Of a stretch of 64,000 nt of DNA, positions 44,056-54,447 are shown piece after piece; positions within the stretch are counted from its first letter, which is position 1, and every line of letters begins with the position of its first letter. Under the pieces are notes generated by a model. It did not search any database, had not been told where the DNA came from, and was given only the letters and a program-made list of their open reading frames with translations. Position numbers and translations under genes: made by a program. Source of the DNA: a virus; the IMG/VR virus record IMGVR_UViG_3300027896_005002, positions 59,488 to 123,487 of that record, one strand, 5' to 3'.

Positions 44056-44509
44056 TTGGGGCAAAATGGGTAGGATATCAACTGTCCTACCCCCTATTAA
44101 TTCATTTAGAAATGAATATAGATTTCTCTCAAATTTCTATTTGCATACAATTGTGTATGAAGACATCACTTATCCTTCTTCGGAACATGCATATCAAGCT
44201 GCAAAAACACTTGATATAAAAATACGACAGCAAATAGCAACAATGAAAGTTGGTGAATCCAAAAAATTTGGTCAATCAATTAAATTACGATCAAATTGGG
44301 ATAAGATTAAAATCAATATTATGCATGATTTATTAGAACTCAAATTTGCTGACAAAACATTACGTGAACAGCTTTTAGCTACAAAAGATGCTTATTTAGA
44401 AGAGGGTAATACTTGGAACGACCACTTTTGGGGCGTTTGCAATGGTATTGGTAGAAATGAATTAGGCAAAGCATTAATGAGAATTAGATATAAAATAATT
44501 TCTTTATGA
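44048..44509 (+). CDS. NADAR (YbiA/DUF1768) domain protein
   Basis: YRFLSNFYLHTIVYEDITYPSSEHAYQAAK matches the NADAR signature (FLSNF...y.saEh.fQa.K). Confidence 0.55.
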   Translation: MLNWGKMGRISTVLPPINSFRNEYRFLSNFYLHTIVYEDITYPSSEHAYQAAKTLDIKIRQQIATMKVGESKKFGQSIKLRSNWDKIKINIMHDLLELKFADKTLREQLLATKDAYLEEGNTWNDHFWGVCNGIGRNELGKALMRIRYKIISL

Positions 44510-44675
44510 AAAAAATAATAAGTATTATTGTCCTATTAATAAATTGCACACCATATAAAACAGTTGTCATATCGCCAGATGAATCTATAACACTTATTGT
44601 GCCAAAAACAAAATTTGAAATTAAAATATTAGTTGTAAATGATACAACTATTGAGGTTAAATTGAAGAAATGAAA

Positions 44676-45425
44676 TTATTTTCCTATATCTCTTTGAATC
44701 ATAACAATTTTTTGCCAAATTTTCTGCGAAAATCCTACAGTTAAAGCTTCTAAATCATTAACTGCCTGATTGGCAATTGGATCATCAAAATCCTGTACAT
44801 AAAGGAAAGCAATTTTATTAGTCACAGATAACATTTCCGAACAATAATCCAAATATCTTCCTAACTCATAAGCCGACAATTCTCTTTCAGGTGAACTTTG
44901 AGTTGTTTTTTCAGCCATGCTTTGAGGATCTTTTGTCAGTTGATGCGCATCAATTATATGTGCAATACATTTTAATTTGTTAACAGCAGTTATTACTCTT
45001 TTTCTTTTTCGTCGTATTTCAAATGTGGCAAGAAATATTCCGGCAGCACCTAGAAGAACAATAATATTAAATCCTGCATCAATCATTTGACAATAATCAG
45101 CAGCATTCATTCCTGTTAAAGTTATTTTTAAAGCAATCCAAGATTTTATTAAAAGGCCTATCAAAATGATAATAATAATCCATGCCGAAATTCTTATAAA
45201 ATAATTTGGTCTTTTAATCCAAGAAATTGTATGGTCAGATTCTTTAGCAATTAAAATAAGTTTGTCACAAGTTATTGCAAGAGCAGCTTGAGGAAATCGT
45301 TCATGAATGCGATTATATAAACGACTACAAGTTTTAAACAATTCAGATGACAATAAATACGGCATTATTTTGTCTTCGCTTTTTTTACAGGTTCTATAAT
45401 ATATTTCTGATACGCCTCTATCCAA
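44676..45425 (-). CDS. two-TM membrane protein with cytoplasmic N- and C-terminal domains
   Basis: AWIIIIILIGLLIKSWIALKI and FNIIVLLGAAGIFLATF helices. Confidence 0.3.
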   Translation of the reverse strand: MDRGVSEIYYRTCKKSEDKIMPYLLSSELFKTCSRLYNRIHERFPQAALAITCDKLILIAKESDHTISWIKRPNYFIRISAWIIIIILIGLLIKSWIALKITLTGMNAADYCQMIDAGFNIIVLLGAAGIFLATFEIRRKRKRVITAVNKLKCIAHIIDAHQLTKDPQSMAEKTTQSSPERELSAYELGRYLDYCSEMLSVTNKIAFLYVQDFDDPIANQAVNDLEALTVGFSQKIWQKIVMIQRDIGK

Positions 45426-45832
45426 TTATGAGAAATTTCATATTGAGCTTGTTGAAGCGTTAATTTTCCAATGCAAACTAATCGTCGCAATCGATTTTCT
45501 AATCGATCTTTTTTATGAGCATTCCAAGGTTGTGTTTTATATGATTGAGGCCACAAATTTTTTATATTGTTACTGCCACCTAATTCTAAAGAAATTAAAT
45601 GATCAACTTCATAATCACTCGGACTATAATCCAAAATTCCATAACGTTCAAATATTCGCTTTTTTAATGATCTTGACACTTTTCTCATACTTACAGTATA
45701 ATGTGATTTGCAAATATTTTGTAATGCACCTTGAATTGTATCACCAGGAGTTAATATACTATCAGGCAAAATCGGTAAAGTTTGCGCAAATAAAAAACTA
45801 ATAAAAAATAAAATGTTCAAATAAATTTTCAT
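45365..45832 (-). CDS. secreted HNH-family nuclease
   Basis: Signal peptide MKIYLNILFFISFLFAQ (start trimmed from listed ORF); EVDHLISLELGGSNNIKNLWPQ HNH motif. Confidence 0.45.
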   Translation of the reverse strand: MKIYLNILFFISFLFAQTLPILPDSILTPGDTIQGALQNICKSHYTVSMRKVSRSLKKRIFERYGILDYSPSDYEVDHLISLELGGSNNIKNLWPQSYKTQPWNAHKKDRLENRLRRLVCIGKLTLQQAQYEISHNWIEAYQKYIIEPVKKAKTK

Positions 45833-46254
45833 TATTTCCATCCACAATTTTCATATCGTGGTTTTATATTCAATCCTTTACAAATAATCTCATCAATGTC
45901 GGGATAAACGGTACAAATTTTATCACCGTCGTTGTCATATACGAGTCTTGCTTTGTTTATCTCTCTACGCCGTAAATAAAAAATTAATGTGCGAACACAT
46001 GATATTCCTCGACCTTCGTTCTTTGTAGCTTGTAATTTCTCTAACAAATCAGCAAGATACAAATATTTTACAATCCAACTAGATATCATCAAAGAATTTT
46101 GAGTCATTTTAGATTCTTCTTTTCGAAAATCAGGCGCCAATTTCAAATGAATAAATTCACCATCAATTCTGCAAGTTAAATCTTGTGTAAAAGGACTTCG
46201 ACTACTTACAATAATATCATGCGCTCGAATTTCATGGCCCATTGAATCTTTCAT
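45832..46254 (-). CDS. hypothetical protein
   Basis: ORF track. Confidence 0.2.
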   Translation of the reverse strand: MKDSMGHEIRAHDIIVSSRSPFTQDLTCRIDGEFIHLKLAPDFRKEESKMTQNSLMISSWIVKYLYLADLLEKLQATKNEGRGISCVRTLIFYLRRREINKARLVYDNDGDKICTVYPDIDEIICKGLNIKPRYENCGWK

Positions 46255-46631
46255 TGTACTTTCTCTTTAAAAGGTGACAGAACTATTCTTTCTGATGTCC
46301 ACAAAATAGTTCGATCATCATGATCATATTTACCAATGATTTTTGAAACAAGTTCACAATCATCATCAGTCATTCTGATTTTCTTATACCAAAAACTGTC
46401 TTTAATCACAGACATACGATATTCGTATGCTCGAATTATTGTTGCTATTTCTGAACGCCAACAAGAATCATGGTAGCAGGCCACAAGCCAACCGGTATCA
46501 CCTTCATTATAATCTTTTCCGGGTTTTAAACCTTCACCATTCTCATTAATGTCACTTTCATGAATAATAGTCCAGTCCTCTTTTACAAGAACCGCAACAT
46601 AATTACCAGGCGCATAAAGTCGAATATGCAA
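46251..46631 (-). CDS. hypothetical protein
   Basis: ORF track. Confidence 0.2.
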   Translation of the reverse strand: MHIRLYAPGNYVAVLVKEDWTIIHESDINENGEGLKPGKDYNEGDTGWLVACYHDSCWRSEIATIIRAYEYRMSVIKDSFWYKKIRMTDDDCELVSKIIGKYDHDDRTILWTSERIVLSPFKEKVQ

Positions 46632-46833
46632 ATTTCTATAACCATCCTCGCCATGATCATAATAGGACTAATTGCAATGACTATCTCCATTGCATATTTT
46701 TCTTTTATTACACCTGATTTTTGGACTTGACCTTTTCCCACATTTTGTTCAAATTCACTACTTATGATATTTTCAAGAACTGATGAAATCATTTTTCTCC
46801 TCCCATAGTTATAATCAGTCAAAATGTGGTAGA

Positions 46834-48021
46834 TTATTTCACTATCAATATTTTTTTATTAGACATTAAAAACATTTTATTGGTTGACATTTTATTTATT
46901 TTGCGACCAGATAGATCAAAAACCATGTTAGTTAACTTTGTAACTTTGATCATTTTAAAGGAATGATTTAGGATCGAAGTTTTTGGTTTTGAAACTGTCA
47001 ACACATTGCTTTGATTTGTAAGTCCAATAGAATTTTTTGTTTTTACCTGAAGATACGTCAATTCAGATTTTAAAATTGTATCACAGAAATTAATGGATGC
47101 TTCAGATAAATTGATTGAAATTGGCAACATTGACAAAGAATCACATCCAATATACAATTGTGCAACAACTCCATCACTTGTGTCATTTTGAATCAATTTC
47201 CATGAAACTGTTATATTGGAATTATTGAATTGAACTTTAAATGAATCAATAGAATCAAATGGAATTGCTGAAATATTTACATTTAATAAAATATTTCCAT
47301 TTGCTCTATTGTTTGCTAAAATTGTACCATCATCTTTTATTACAATTGAATCAATTGATGAAATATCTTTCAATGAAAAATTCAATTTTCCTATTTGACT
47401 TTTTGTTTTTTGTTGTGCATCTAAATTGTATAATTGTAAACCTTGAAGTACGCTAACATCTATAACAGCACCAATTAATATGTTATGATTGTATTTATTT
47501 ACCAAAAGATCACCGCCGCTGCCACCAATTCCTGTACTTGGAATGCAACAATTTTTAATATGTGTCGTAAACACATATGTGCCTGTCCAAGTTGTATTTT
47601 GATTAGGAACAACAAATTTTGAAGATTGAATTTGAATGATGTCTTTTTTAACAACCAGCATTTGATAATTAAGAGTGTCGTTTATTCGATATGATTTTGT
47701 GTCAATCGATCCAGCAGTTGTCCATGTTGATTCTGACCAAAATGTTCCTGATTCATCCAAATATAAAGGACAACATAAATGTCCGCCCATTGTCAAATTT
47801 TCATAAAATGTAATTTCGCCATACCCTGTTAATGAGTCTTTTGCATATTTATTCATTTTTGAAAAATATGCAAAAGTTGGTGACAAATTTTTCTCTGATG
47901 ACAACACTCCTTCACAAAGCTTATACTCGCCTGTGAAAAATGTATCAACAATTGTGGTAGAAGAAAATGACACCGAAACCGACACCATCAAAACATACAT
48001 TGAAAATATGAAATTTTTCAT
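46834..48021 (-). CDS. secreted protein with T9SS-type C-terminal sorting domain
   Basis: Signal peptide MKNFIFSMYVLMVSVSVSFS; C-terminal ...MVFDLSGRKINKMS...KKILIVK resembles the Por_Secre_tail (vyDl.Grkv) motif. Confidence 0.4.
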   Translation of the reverse strand: MKNFIFSMYVLMVSVSVSFSSTTIVDTFFTGEYKLCEGVLSSEKNLSPTFAYFSKMNKYAKDSLTGYGEITFYENLTMGGHLCCPLYLDESGTFWSESTWTTAGSIDTKSYRINDTLNYQMLVVKKDIIQIQSSKFVVPNQNTTWTGTYVFTTHIKNCCIPSTGIGGSGGDLLVNKYNHNILIGAVIDVSVLQGLQLYNLDAQQKTKSQIGKLNFSLKDISSIDSIVIKDDGTILANNRANGNILLNVNISAIPFDSIDSFKVQFNNSNITVSWKLIQNDTSDGVVAQLYIGCDSLSMLPISINLSEASINFCDTILKSELTYLQVKTKNSIGLTNQSNVLTVSKPKTSILNHSFKMIKVTKLTNMVFDLSGRKINKMSTNKMFLMSNKKILIVK

Positions 48022-48254
48022 ATTTTCCTCCTTTTGGTTAAGTTTGAAACACATAAGCATAAACCCATTCTATGCTTATTGTATATAATCAATCAAACAA
48101 ACCAAAATTGCGTCCAAATATGGCCGTCTACTTAGATTTAAATATTCGCGTTTTATGATAAGTTGGATAACCAGCAACTGATTTTCGAGATAGCGGACAG
48201 CGTAAAGTATTTACAAGATGGTCACCTTTTGGCCTTTTACAATACTTGCAAATT

Positions 48255-48500
48255 TCATTGTTTTTTCTTCGTTTCATAAGATTTTTTTAATTGAGGTCTC
48301 TTATATTCTTTAAGGATTAATTGTTTTTGCTTAAACATTTCCTCATCCTTGCCATTTACAAAAGCTCTCAAATAATTACTATAACAATCAACATCATCAT
48401 TTGTTAAATTTTTTGCAAATTCTTCCAATATAGGATATAACTGTTTTTCACCATCTATAAAACGATGAACAATTGATTTTACATCCTGATTGCGCTTCAT
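48255..48500 (-). CDS. hypothetical protein
   Basis: ORF track. Confidence 0.2.
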   Translation of the reverse strand: MKRNQDVKSIVHRFIDGEKQLYPILEEFAKNLTNDDVDCYSNYLRAFVNGKDEEMFKQKQLILKEYKRPQLKKSYETKKKQ

Positions 48501-48721
48501 TTATTAACCTTTACATTTTTAATAGTTTTATCAAGATACACTGTTCCGCAATTTGAGCAAGTTCCGCGAAATTTAATACGAAAGACTTCATCCTTTTTTC
48601 GAAAACTAGCTTGATCTAAAGCTCGAATTGTATTATACTTTCTATCAGATTCACTAAATATAATTGGCAAAAAACAAATTGGACACAAATTAGGTTTTAT
48701 TTCTTGAGTTTGAGCTACCAT
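48497..48721 (-). CDS. small Zn-ribbon protein
   Basis: CPICF...CSNCG. Confidence 0.25.
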   Translation of the reverse strand: MVAQTQEIKPNLCPICFLPIIFSESDRKYNTIRALDQASFRKKDEVFRIKFRGTCSNCGTVYLDKTIKNVKVNK

Positions 48722-48728
48722 AACTACA

Positions 48729-49058
48729 CTACCTCTTGGGTCCCGATGGAGGTTTCACCGGTGATCGAAAAGATTTTTTATTTTTCACATTTCCTCTCAT
48801 TAGTCCTTCAGTCAATTTACTACCTCGTACTTTCTTAAGTTGGTTATCATCGTCATTGTTCCTAAATGCTATTCCATGAAGTTTTGCACAATTCAAACAA
48901 TAAGTAATATGCAGTCCTAATACAATGCAAGATCCTTCGCCCGTTTTTGGGTTAAATATATCTTCCTCTTTAAATGGTCCTGCAGAGCACGCACAATATG
49001 TATATTTTTTTGTTGTTCCATCTGCTGCTACATAAAAATTTTGTCTTGGTCCACTCAT
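48729..49058 (-). CDS. hypothetical Cys-containing protein
   Basis: ORF track; CACS...CLNC. Confidence 0.2.
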   Translation of the reverse strand: MSGPRQNFYVAADGTTKKYTYCACSAGPFKEEDIFNPKTGEGSCIVLGLHITYCLNCAKLHGIAFRNNDDDNQLKKVRGSKLTEGLMRGNVKNKKSFRSPVKPPSGPKR

Positions 49059-49227
49059 ATTAAACCTTTCTAAAAATTTATTCTTTATTTTTCTTCACTA
49101 ATTGGTACATATCGAGGATCATATTCACATTTACCACTTATCGGTACTACTTTGCAAGATTCATTAATACATACCTTACACTTTGACGGCTCAACTTCAC
49201 ATTTTAATAATTTTAGCAATACTTTAA

Positions 49228-49545
49228 TTAAAAATCTTCGTAACATTTATTCTCCTTTTTAATATCTTCCAATAATCCATGTAAATCTTCAGGTAATGAC
49301 AAATCCTCAAAAATTCCAACCCAAGTATCTCCATAAGCACCACATTGAATACAGTGATAAAAAGCGTCAGGTTCTCCCACTTTTCCATGAAGATCAGCAG
49401 AACCATTACATATTGAACATTCAATAGCATTCTTTTTTGTTACAGACACTGCTGCAAATCGAGCTTGTTGAAAGAGATAAAAATAAACAAGACCTCTTCT
49501 AATATCTTCCATAATTATTATTCCTGAACAAGTATGCAACCACAA
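49228..49545 (-). CDS. small Zn-finger protein
   Basis: CSICNGS...CIQCG. Confidence 0.2.
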   Translation of the reverse strand: MWLHTCSGIIIMEDIRRGLVYFYLFQQARFAAVSVTKKNAIECSICNGSADLHGKVGEPDAFYHCIQCGAYGDTWVGIFEDLSLPEDLHGLLEDIKKENKCYEDF

Positions 49546-49796
49546 TTCGATATCAATCCATTAATAAGAATTGTAATATCAACATTATCTATTTGAATAT
49601 ATTCAGGCCATTCTCTTACATGACAAACTTTCGGTCGTTGATCAAATATATCTTTCAAAATAATAGCAATTTCTGATTTTGAATCTGACATCAAGCAAGA
49701 ATAAACCATTTCAAAATCTTGTCGTAAAAAGAAGTCTTTTGCATCATCAGTAAATTGCATATATATATAATCATACTTTCTTGCACAGTATGACAA
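49518..49796 (-). CDS. hypothetical protein
   Basis: ORF track. Confidence 0.2.
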   Translation of the reverse strand: MSYCARKYDYIYMQFTDDAKDFFLRQDFEMVYSCLMSDSKSEIAIILKDIFDQRPKVCHVREWPEYIQIDNVDITILINGLISNCGCILVQE

Positions 49797-50046
49797 TTTT
49801 TTTTAAAAATACTCTACGACTTTTAACATGATTTATTACTCTATGACAATTGATTGGTCTTATAATAAAAATTTAGATACTTATCTATTTGGTGAACAAT
49901 CGCGAGGCGGTGGTGTCTTCAAAGACAATAATTCTTGGTATGGAAATTCTGTAGTATTTGATGACATCATTATGTTTGGACCATATCCTACAATAGAAGA
50001 AGCTAAAAAAGCTGTAGAAAATGATTTTACTACAAGAATTGCACGA

Positions 50047-50313
50047 TTAACTTAAAAACATTTCAAATTTCTTTAAATCCTCATCCTTAATAAATATTGC
50101 TATATTCCCGTCTGGAATATAATTTGCAAATCTAACTCTTGGCATCTTTTTCTTACTCTCACAATTAATAATTGGTTGTAATTCACTCAATTGATATTTA
50201 TCTACTAACATAATATCATGATCATAATTACAACCAAATTCCAAAAAGGCATCTCGTATAAAAGCATCATACTGATCGTTTAAATGAGTCAATTTTATAA
50301 ATAAATCATTCAT
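50047..50313 (-). CDS. hypothetical protein
   Basis: ORF track. Confidence 0.2.
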   Translation of the reverse strand: MNDLFIKLTHLNDQYDAFIRDAFLEFGCNYDHDIMLVDKYQLSELQPIINCESKKKMPRVRFANYIPDGNIAIFIKDEDLKKFEMFLS

Positions 50314-50325
50314 AAATTATTCCCA

Positions 50326-50535
50326 TCATTTCTCCTTTACACAAGCAGCGTCTTTTTCTACTTTTAAATTGTTGCATTCACCTATTACTAAGTTTCGTAA
50401 ATCAATATCATTCATGGGACATAACTTAACTCTTAATCTTTTCCATATTGCATTTACATCTCGCCAAACTTCTCCAGGTACTTCAAAAGCCAAACATTTC
50501 ACGCATTCATCCATGTCAACAATTTCTTTTAACAT
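50326..50535 (-). CDS. hypothetical protein
   Basis: ORF track. Confidence 0.2.
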   Translation of the reverse strand: MLKEIVDMDECVKCLAFEVPGEVWRDVNAIWKRLRVKLCPMNDIDLRNLVIGECNNLKVEKDAACVKEK

Positions 50536-50551
50536 TAGTTACTCCTTCTAA

Positions 50552-50938
50552 TTATATAGTTAACCTTTCTAATATTCTTTTTATTATCTTTTTTCGGTCA
50601 TCAATAAGTTTATCATATTCAGACCCCGTAACTAAAACTTTTATTCTTTCATTCAATTTAAATAATATATTATTATATTTTGTATTTATCTCATCAACAA
50701 CTTTCATTAAAGCCATTTTTCTTCTACATATTTCATCCGTATATATGCCTGATAAATAAATATCTCCAGCTAACTTGTCCAAAACCCATCCCATCCCACA
50801 AGTATCCCAAAACATCATATATCGTTTAACATCAAAAGCATGTTTTATGCATATTCTTTCTATCTCTTTACAAATTTCTTTCTCAACCATCATAAATATT
50901 TCTTCGTCACAACTAATACTTAACATTAAATCTTGCAT
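50552..50938 (-). CDS. hypothetical protein
   Basis: ORF track. Confidence 0.2.
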   Translation of the reverse strand: MQDLMLSISCDEEIFMMVEKEICKEIERICIKHAFDVKRYMMFWDTCGMGWVLDKLAGDIYLSGIYTDEICRRKMALMKVVDEINTKYNNILFKLNERIKVLVTGSEYDKLIDDRKKIIKRILERLTI

Positions 50939-51383
50939 TAATTACCTCAACTACTGTCGCATGATCAATATGCTTTTGCGGCTTTTCATGCCAATCAAAT
51001 AATATTCTCAATATTAAACCTAAAAGTAATTTCGTTTTTTATACAACTTGATTAATCCAAAAATCCACATGAAGTTTCCAAGAATCATACCAATAATTGA
51101 TATTATTGATGTCTTGACAAAGAAAACTGTCACATACATTATAATTATACCCAAAATTGTAATTAATAAATTCATAATGATTTAATCATTTTTAATATCA
51201 ATGACGCCTAGTAATTTAATCATTTCTAATATCAATGATACCTACCTCAAATTCATTATCAACGTGTTTATTATTGTGTGCGCTTTCTTACAAAAAAGGG
51301 GAGCTACATTAAGTAGCTCCCCTACCGTCAAAGGAGTATTCTAAGATTTCATGGCGTAAATCATTAGATTAGAGATTGACGGT

Positions 51384-52076
51384 TTAATGTGGAAATAAAT
51401 GATGTAATCCTTGATAAATTATATAAGCATATATTGGAACATTAGGAACTTGATGTTTAATAGCATCAACTACACTATCAGTAATTGCTTTTTTGGCAGT
51501 TTTACCTGATGCTCTACCAATTTGTTTTAATAATTTTATTGCTTCACCTTCTTTAACATACTTAAGTCTACGACCTATACTAGGATTAATTCGTTTTCCA
51601 AATTGTTCTAAAATGCGCGTTGCTTCATCTACAGTAAAAGTATCTTCAAATCCTCCAATTGCTTTTTGAAACTCATCTTTTATTTCCAATTTTCGTTCAT
51701 TATTTGTACCATGTTGATTATATTCAAACATTAAATTACGTAAATTATATTTATTTACTATATCTAACCATCTTTTGGCAAATGGTTCATATTGATTTTC
51801 GTAAATCAAAAAACCATAAGTATTATTTGGTAACAAATTTTCTTTAGTAAAATCTTTAGGTATATTATAAACTTCGGCTAAAGCATTAGTTGACCTTGGA
51901 ATTTCTATATCCATTAATGATTTACCATCATCATCCCGATGACGAGTTATATGTCGTTTTGATTTAGGATGATCATGTAAATACTGTCGTTGAGCGCTAT
52001 ATGACATATCATCCCATAAATAATCTCTTTTAGTATTTTGTAAAAATTCTGTTTGTATTAATGCTAAATGTTTCAT
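51384..52076 (-). CDS. MKHLATIQ-family protein 9 (dispersed copy)
   Basis: MKHLALIQTEFLQNTKRDYLWDDMSYSAQRQYLHDHPKSKRHITRH. Confidence 0.5.
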   Translation of the reverse strand: MKHLALIQTEFLQNTKRDYLWDDMSYSAQRQYLHDHPKSKRHITRHRDDDGKSLMDIEIPRSTNALAEVYNIPKDFTKENLLPNNTYGFLIYENQYEPFAKRWLDIVNKYNLRNLMFEYNQHGTNNERKLEIKDEFQKAIGGFEDTFTVDEATRILEQFGKRINPSIGRRLKYVKEGEAIKLLKQIGRASGKTAKKAITDSVVDAIKHQVPNVPIYAYIIYQGLHHLFPH

Positions 52077-52140
52077 ATAATATACTAAATTATCAAAATA
52101 ATTGAAATAAATCTACAACTTCTACTGTGATTATATCTAC

Positions 52141-52695
52141 ATGAATCAAACAAAGCAAGACCTATTCTCTATAGCTATTAATATATGTACATCATTTCTA
52201 CATCTTAATAATATTTCTATTCCTAGATATATGAATCGTAATATATCTTCTCATGGCTTTTTCAATCCACCAAATATTATCATAGTAAATCTCAAAAATG
52301 CCAGAACGCCAACAAAAACTCCCGGCTTTTGTTGGTCTTATCCAGGCTATAAAGCTGATCTCACTCCAATTGGAATTACTGCACATGAAATTGGTCACTA
52401 CTTACAATATATTTTCAACATTACTAACAGACAAATCACATCATTAACTATTGACGAACCATCCGTCTCTTCATATGAACCCAATGCTGGTGAAATACTA
52501 TCAGAATCTACTAAACTTTTCATCAATAATCCTAATTTACTTAAGCTCGGCAGACCAAAACGATATTCATTATTATGCGATGCACTACATCTAAGACCAT
52601 TACATGATAAACCTTGGCAAACAATATTATCTAATGCACATCCAAAATTTATTATTGCTGCAACAAAATGGATTAAACATGGCCAATCCTCATAA
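52141..52695 (+). CDS. putative HExxH metallopeptidase-like protein (weak)
   Basis: GITAHEIGHYLQY HExxH motif. Confidence 0.3.
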   Translation: MNQTKQDLFSIAINICTSFLHLNNISIPRYMNRNISSHGFFNPPNIIIVNLKNARTPTKTPGFCWSYPGYKADLTPIGITAHEIGHYLQYIFNITNRQITSLTIDEPSVSSYEPNAGEILSESTKLFINNPNLLKLGRPKRYSLLCDALHLRPLHDKPWQTILSNAHPKFIIAATKWIKHGQSS

Positions 52696-53203
52696 TAAAA
52701 ATCGTTATGGTGAAACATGGGATTGCCATCTCATCGGTCTTTACCAAGAGGAACTAGAACCCTTCAAAAAACTTGTCATTTTTTCTGGTGGTTGGGCTTG
52801 GCATTTTATGTCACCACCTCATATTGAATATAAACATGCTCATGATCACAAGGATGTTGATATATTTGTTTTACCTGAAAATGTCGTTACTGTCATCAAT
52901 TTACTTACAAAATTCAATTTCAAAAAAATTCATACAAGATTTGACGGTCTTGAAAATGACTTTAGACGCTACGAAAAATATTTTCTCAATTGCAAAAAAT
53001 TAATCATTGATTTCTTTGTCAAAAAAGACCTTCAAATTGAAGTCATTGATGGTTGGCAAGTTGTTCACCCAAAACAATTATTAACTTTCTACAAAAATTT
53101 TCACTCAAGTGATAATTGTTTTGCAGTTGTGGCTGCTGCTAAATTAATTGAAAAAAATATTAATCCCATTGGCCGTCTAGAATTATTATCACCTTATGAA
53201 TAA
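52679..53203 (+). CDS. Pol-beta-superfamily nucleotidyltransferase-like protein (weak)
   Basis: Start at MANPHNK; FSGGWAWHF...HDHKDVDIFV resembles a minimal NTase (GG...DxD). Confidence 0.3.
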   Translation: MANPHNKNRYGETWDCHLIGLYQEELEPFKKLVIFSGGWAWHFMSPPHIEYKHAHDHKDVDIFVLPENVVTVINLLTKFNFKKIHTRFDGLENDFRRYEKYFLNCKKLIIDFFVKKDLQIEVIDGWQVVHPKQLLTFYKNFHSSDNCFAVVAAAKLIEKNINPIGRLELLSPYE

Positions 53204-53209
53204 AAAACA

Positions 53210-53491
53210 ATGATTTGTTTACGATGCAGTTATTGTTGTTTAAAATATCTGGTAGTTGTCATTAAAGATCCAGAAAAAGGACTTATTGAAGGAAATGCTT
53301 TAGTTTTAAATGGAACAATAAAATGTCCTCATTTAGATGGAATACCAGGAAAAAGTTCTTGTAAAATTCATCATTATGAATGGTTTAAAGAAACACCATG
53401 CGGTCAACATACTCAATTTGAAACTGAAAATTCTAATTGTCGAATAGGTGAATATATCATCAAAAACCATTTAGAAAGGACTCTAATATGA
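53210..53491 (+). CDS. hypothetical Cys-rich protein
   Basis: ORF track; CLRCSYCC...C...C. Confidence 0.2.
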   Translation: MICLRCSYCCLKYLVVVIKDPEKGLIEGNALVLNGTIKCPHLDGIPGKSSCKIHHYEWFKETPCGQHTQFETENSNCRIGEYIIKNHLERTLI

Positions 53492-54447
53492 TAAATAATT
53501 TCTCTATCATCACGGGCCAAGAAAAATATCCTCTCTTTGACAGACTAACAAAACATACAATACAACCCATAGGCACTACGCCCGTTGTCATTCCGGCTGA
53601 AATAGTAAAATTCAAAAATGATAATATCAAAGTTAAAATAAACAATTGTGTCAGAGGTTCTGAAGTCTTTGTTATACAGCCTTGTTATCCACACTTACAT
53701 GATAGACTGTTTGAAGTACTTATCCTTATTGATGCTCTTAAAAATGCTAGTGCTAGCAAAGTTACTGCTATTTTGCCTTATTTCCCTTATGTTAGATCCG
53801 ACAAAAAAGAACATGATAGAATTTCTATCACAGCAAAAATGATTGCCAAACTTCTTCAATCAGTCGGAACTGATCATGTTATTACCGTCTGCCTTCATTC
53901 ACCCCAAACACAAGGCTTTTTTGATATTCCAATGGATCATTTACTACCAAGTAAAACAATCTGTGAATACTTTATAACAAATAAAGTCATTAAAGAAAAC
54001 ACAATGATAATAGCTCCCGATGCAGGTAGTGTAAAAATGGCCAGTCATTATGCACGAAAACTTAACCTTCCACTTTCAATTGTCGACAAAAAACGAATTG
54101 ATGACACAGAATCTGCGATCTCTGGCTCTATTATTGGTGATGTTTCAAACAAATCCTGCCTCATCATTGATGATGAAATTGCTACAGGCAATTCAATTTT
54201 CAAGGCAACACTCAATCTTTTAAAAAATGGAGCTGTTGATGTATCGGCTTTTGCTGTTCATGGTGTTCTTGTCGGAGATGCTCTTAAAATGCTCAATGAA
54301 TCACCTTTAAAACAACTATACATTACTGACACTATTTGGCGCCCAGAAGTAGATAATAACCCAAAAATCACTACAATATCTATTTCAAAAATGATCTTTG
54401 ACGCTATCATCTGTATCAATTCAAATCTATCTATGGCTAATATATAA
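53488..54447 (+). CDS. prs: ribose-phosphate pyrophosphokinase (PRPP synthetase)
   Basis: KVTAILPYFPYVRSDKK (Prs signature ilPYf.YaRqDrk), IIDDEIATGNS PRPP-binding loop. Confidence 0.6.
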   Translation: MINNFSIITGQEKYPLFDRLTKHTIQPIGTTPVVIPAEIVKFKNDNIKVKINNCVRGSEVFVIQPCYPHLHDRLFEVLILIDALKNASASKVTAILPYFPYVRSDKKEHDRISITAKMIAKLLQSVGTDHVITVCLHSPQTQGFFDIPMDHLLPSKTICEYFITNKVIKENTMIIAPDAGSVKMASHYARKLNLPLSIVDKKRIDDTESAISGSIIGDVSNKSCLIIDDEIATGNSIFKATLNLLKNGAVDVSAFAVHGVLVGDALKMLNESPLKQLYITDTIWRPEVDNNPKITTISISKMIFDAIICINSNLSMANI

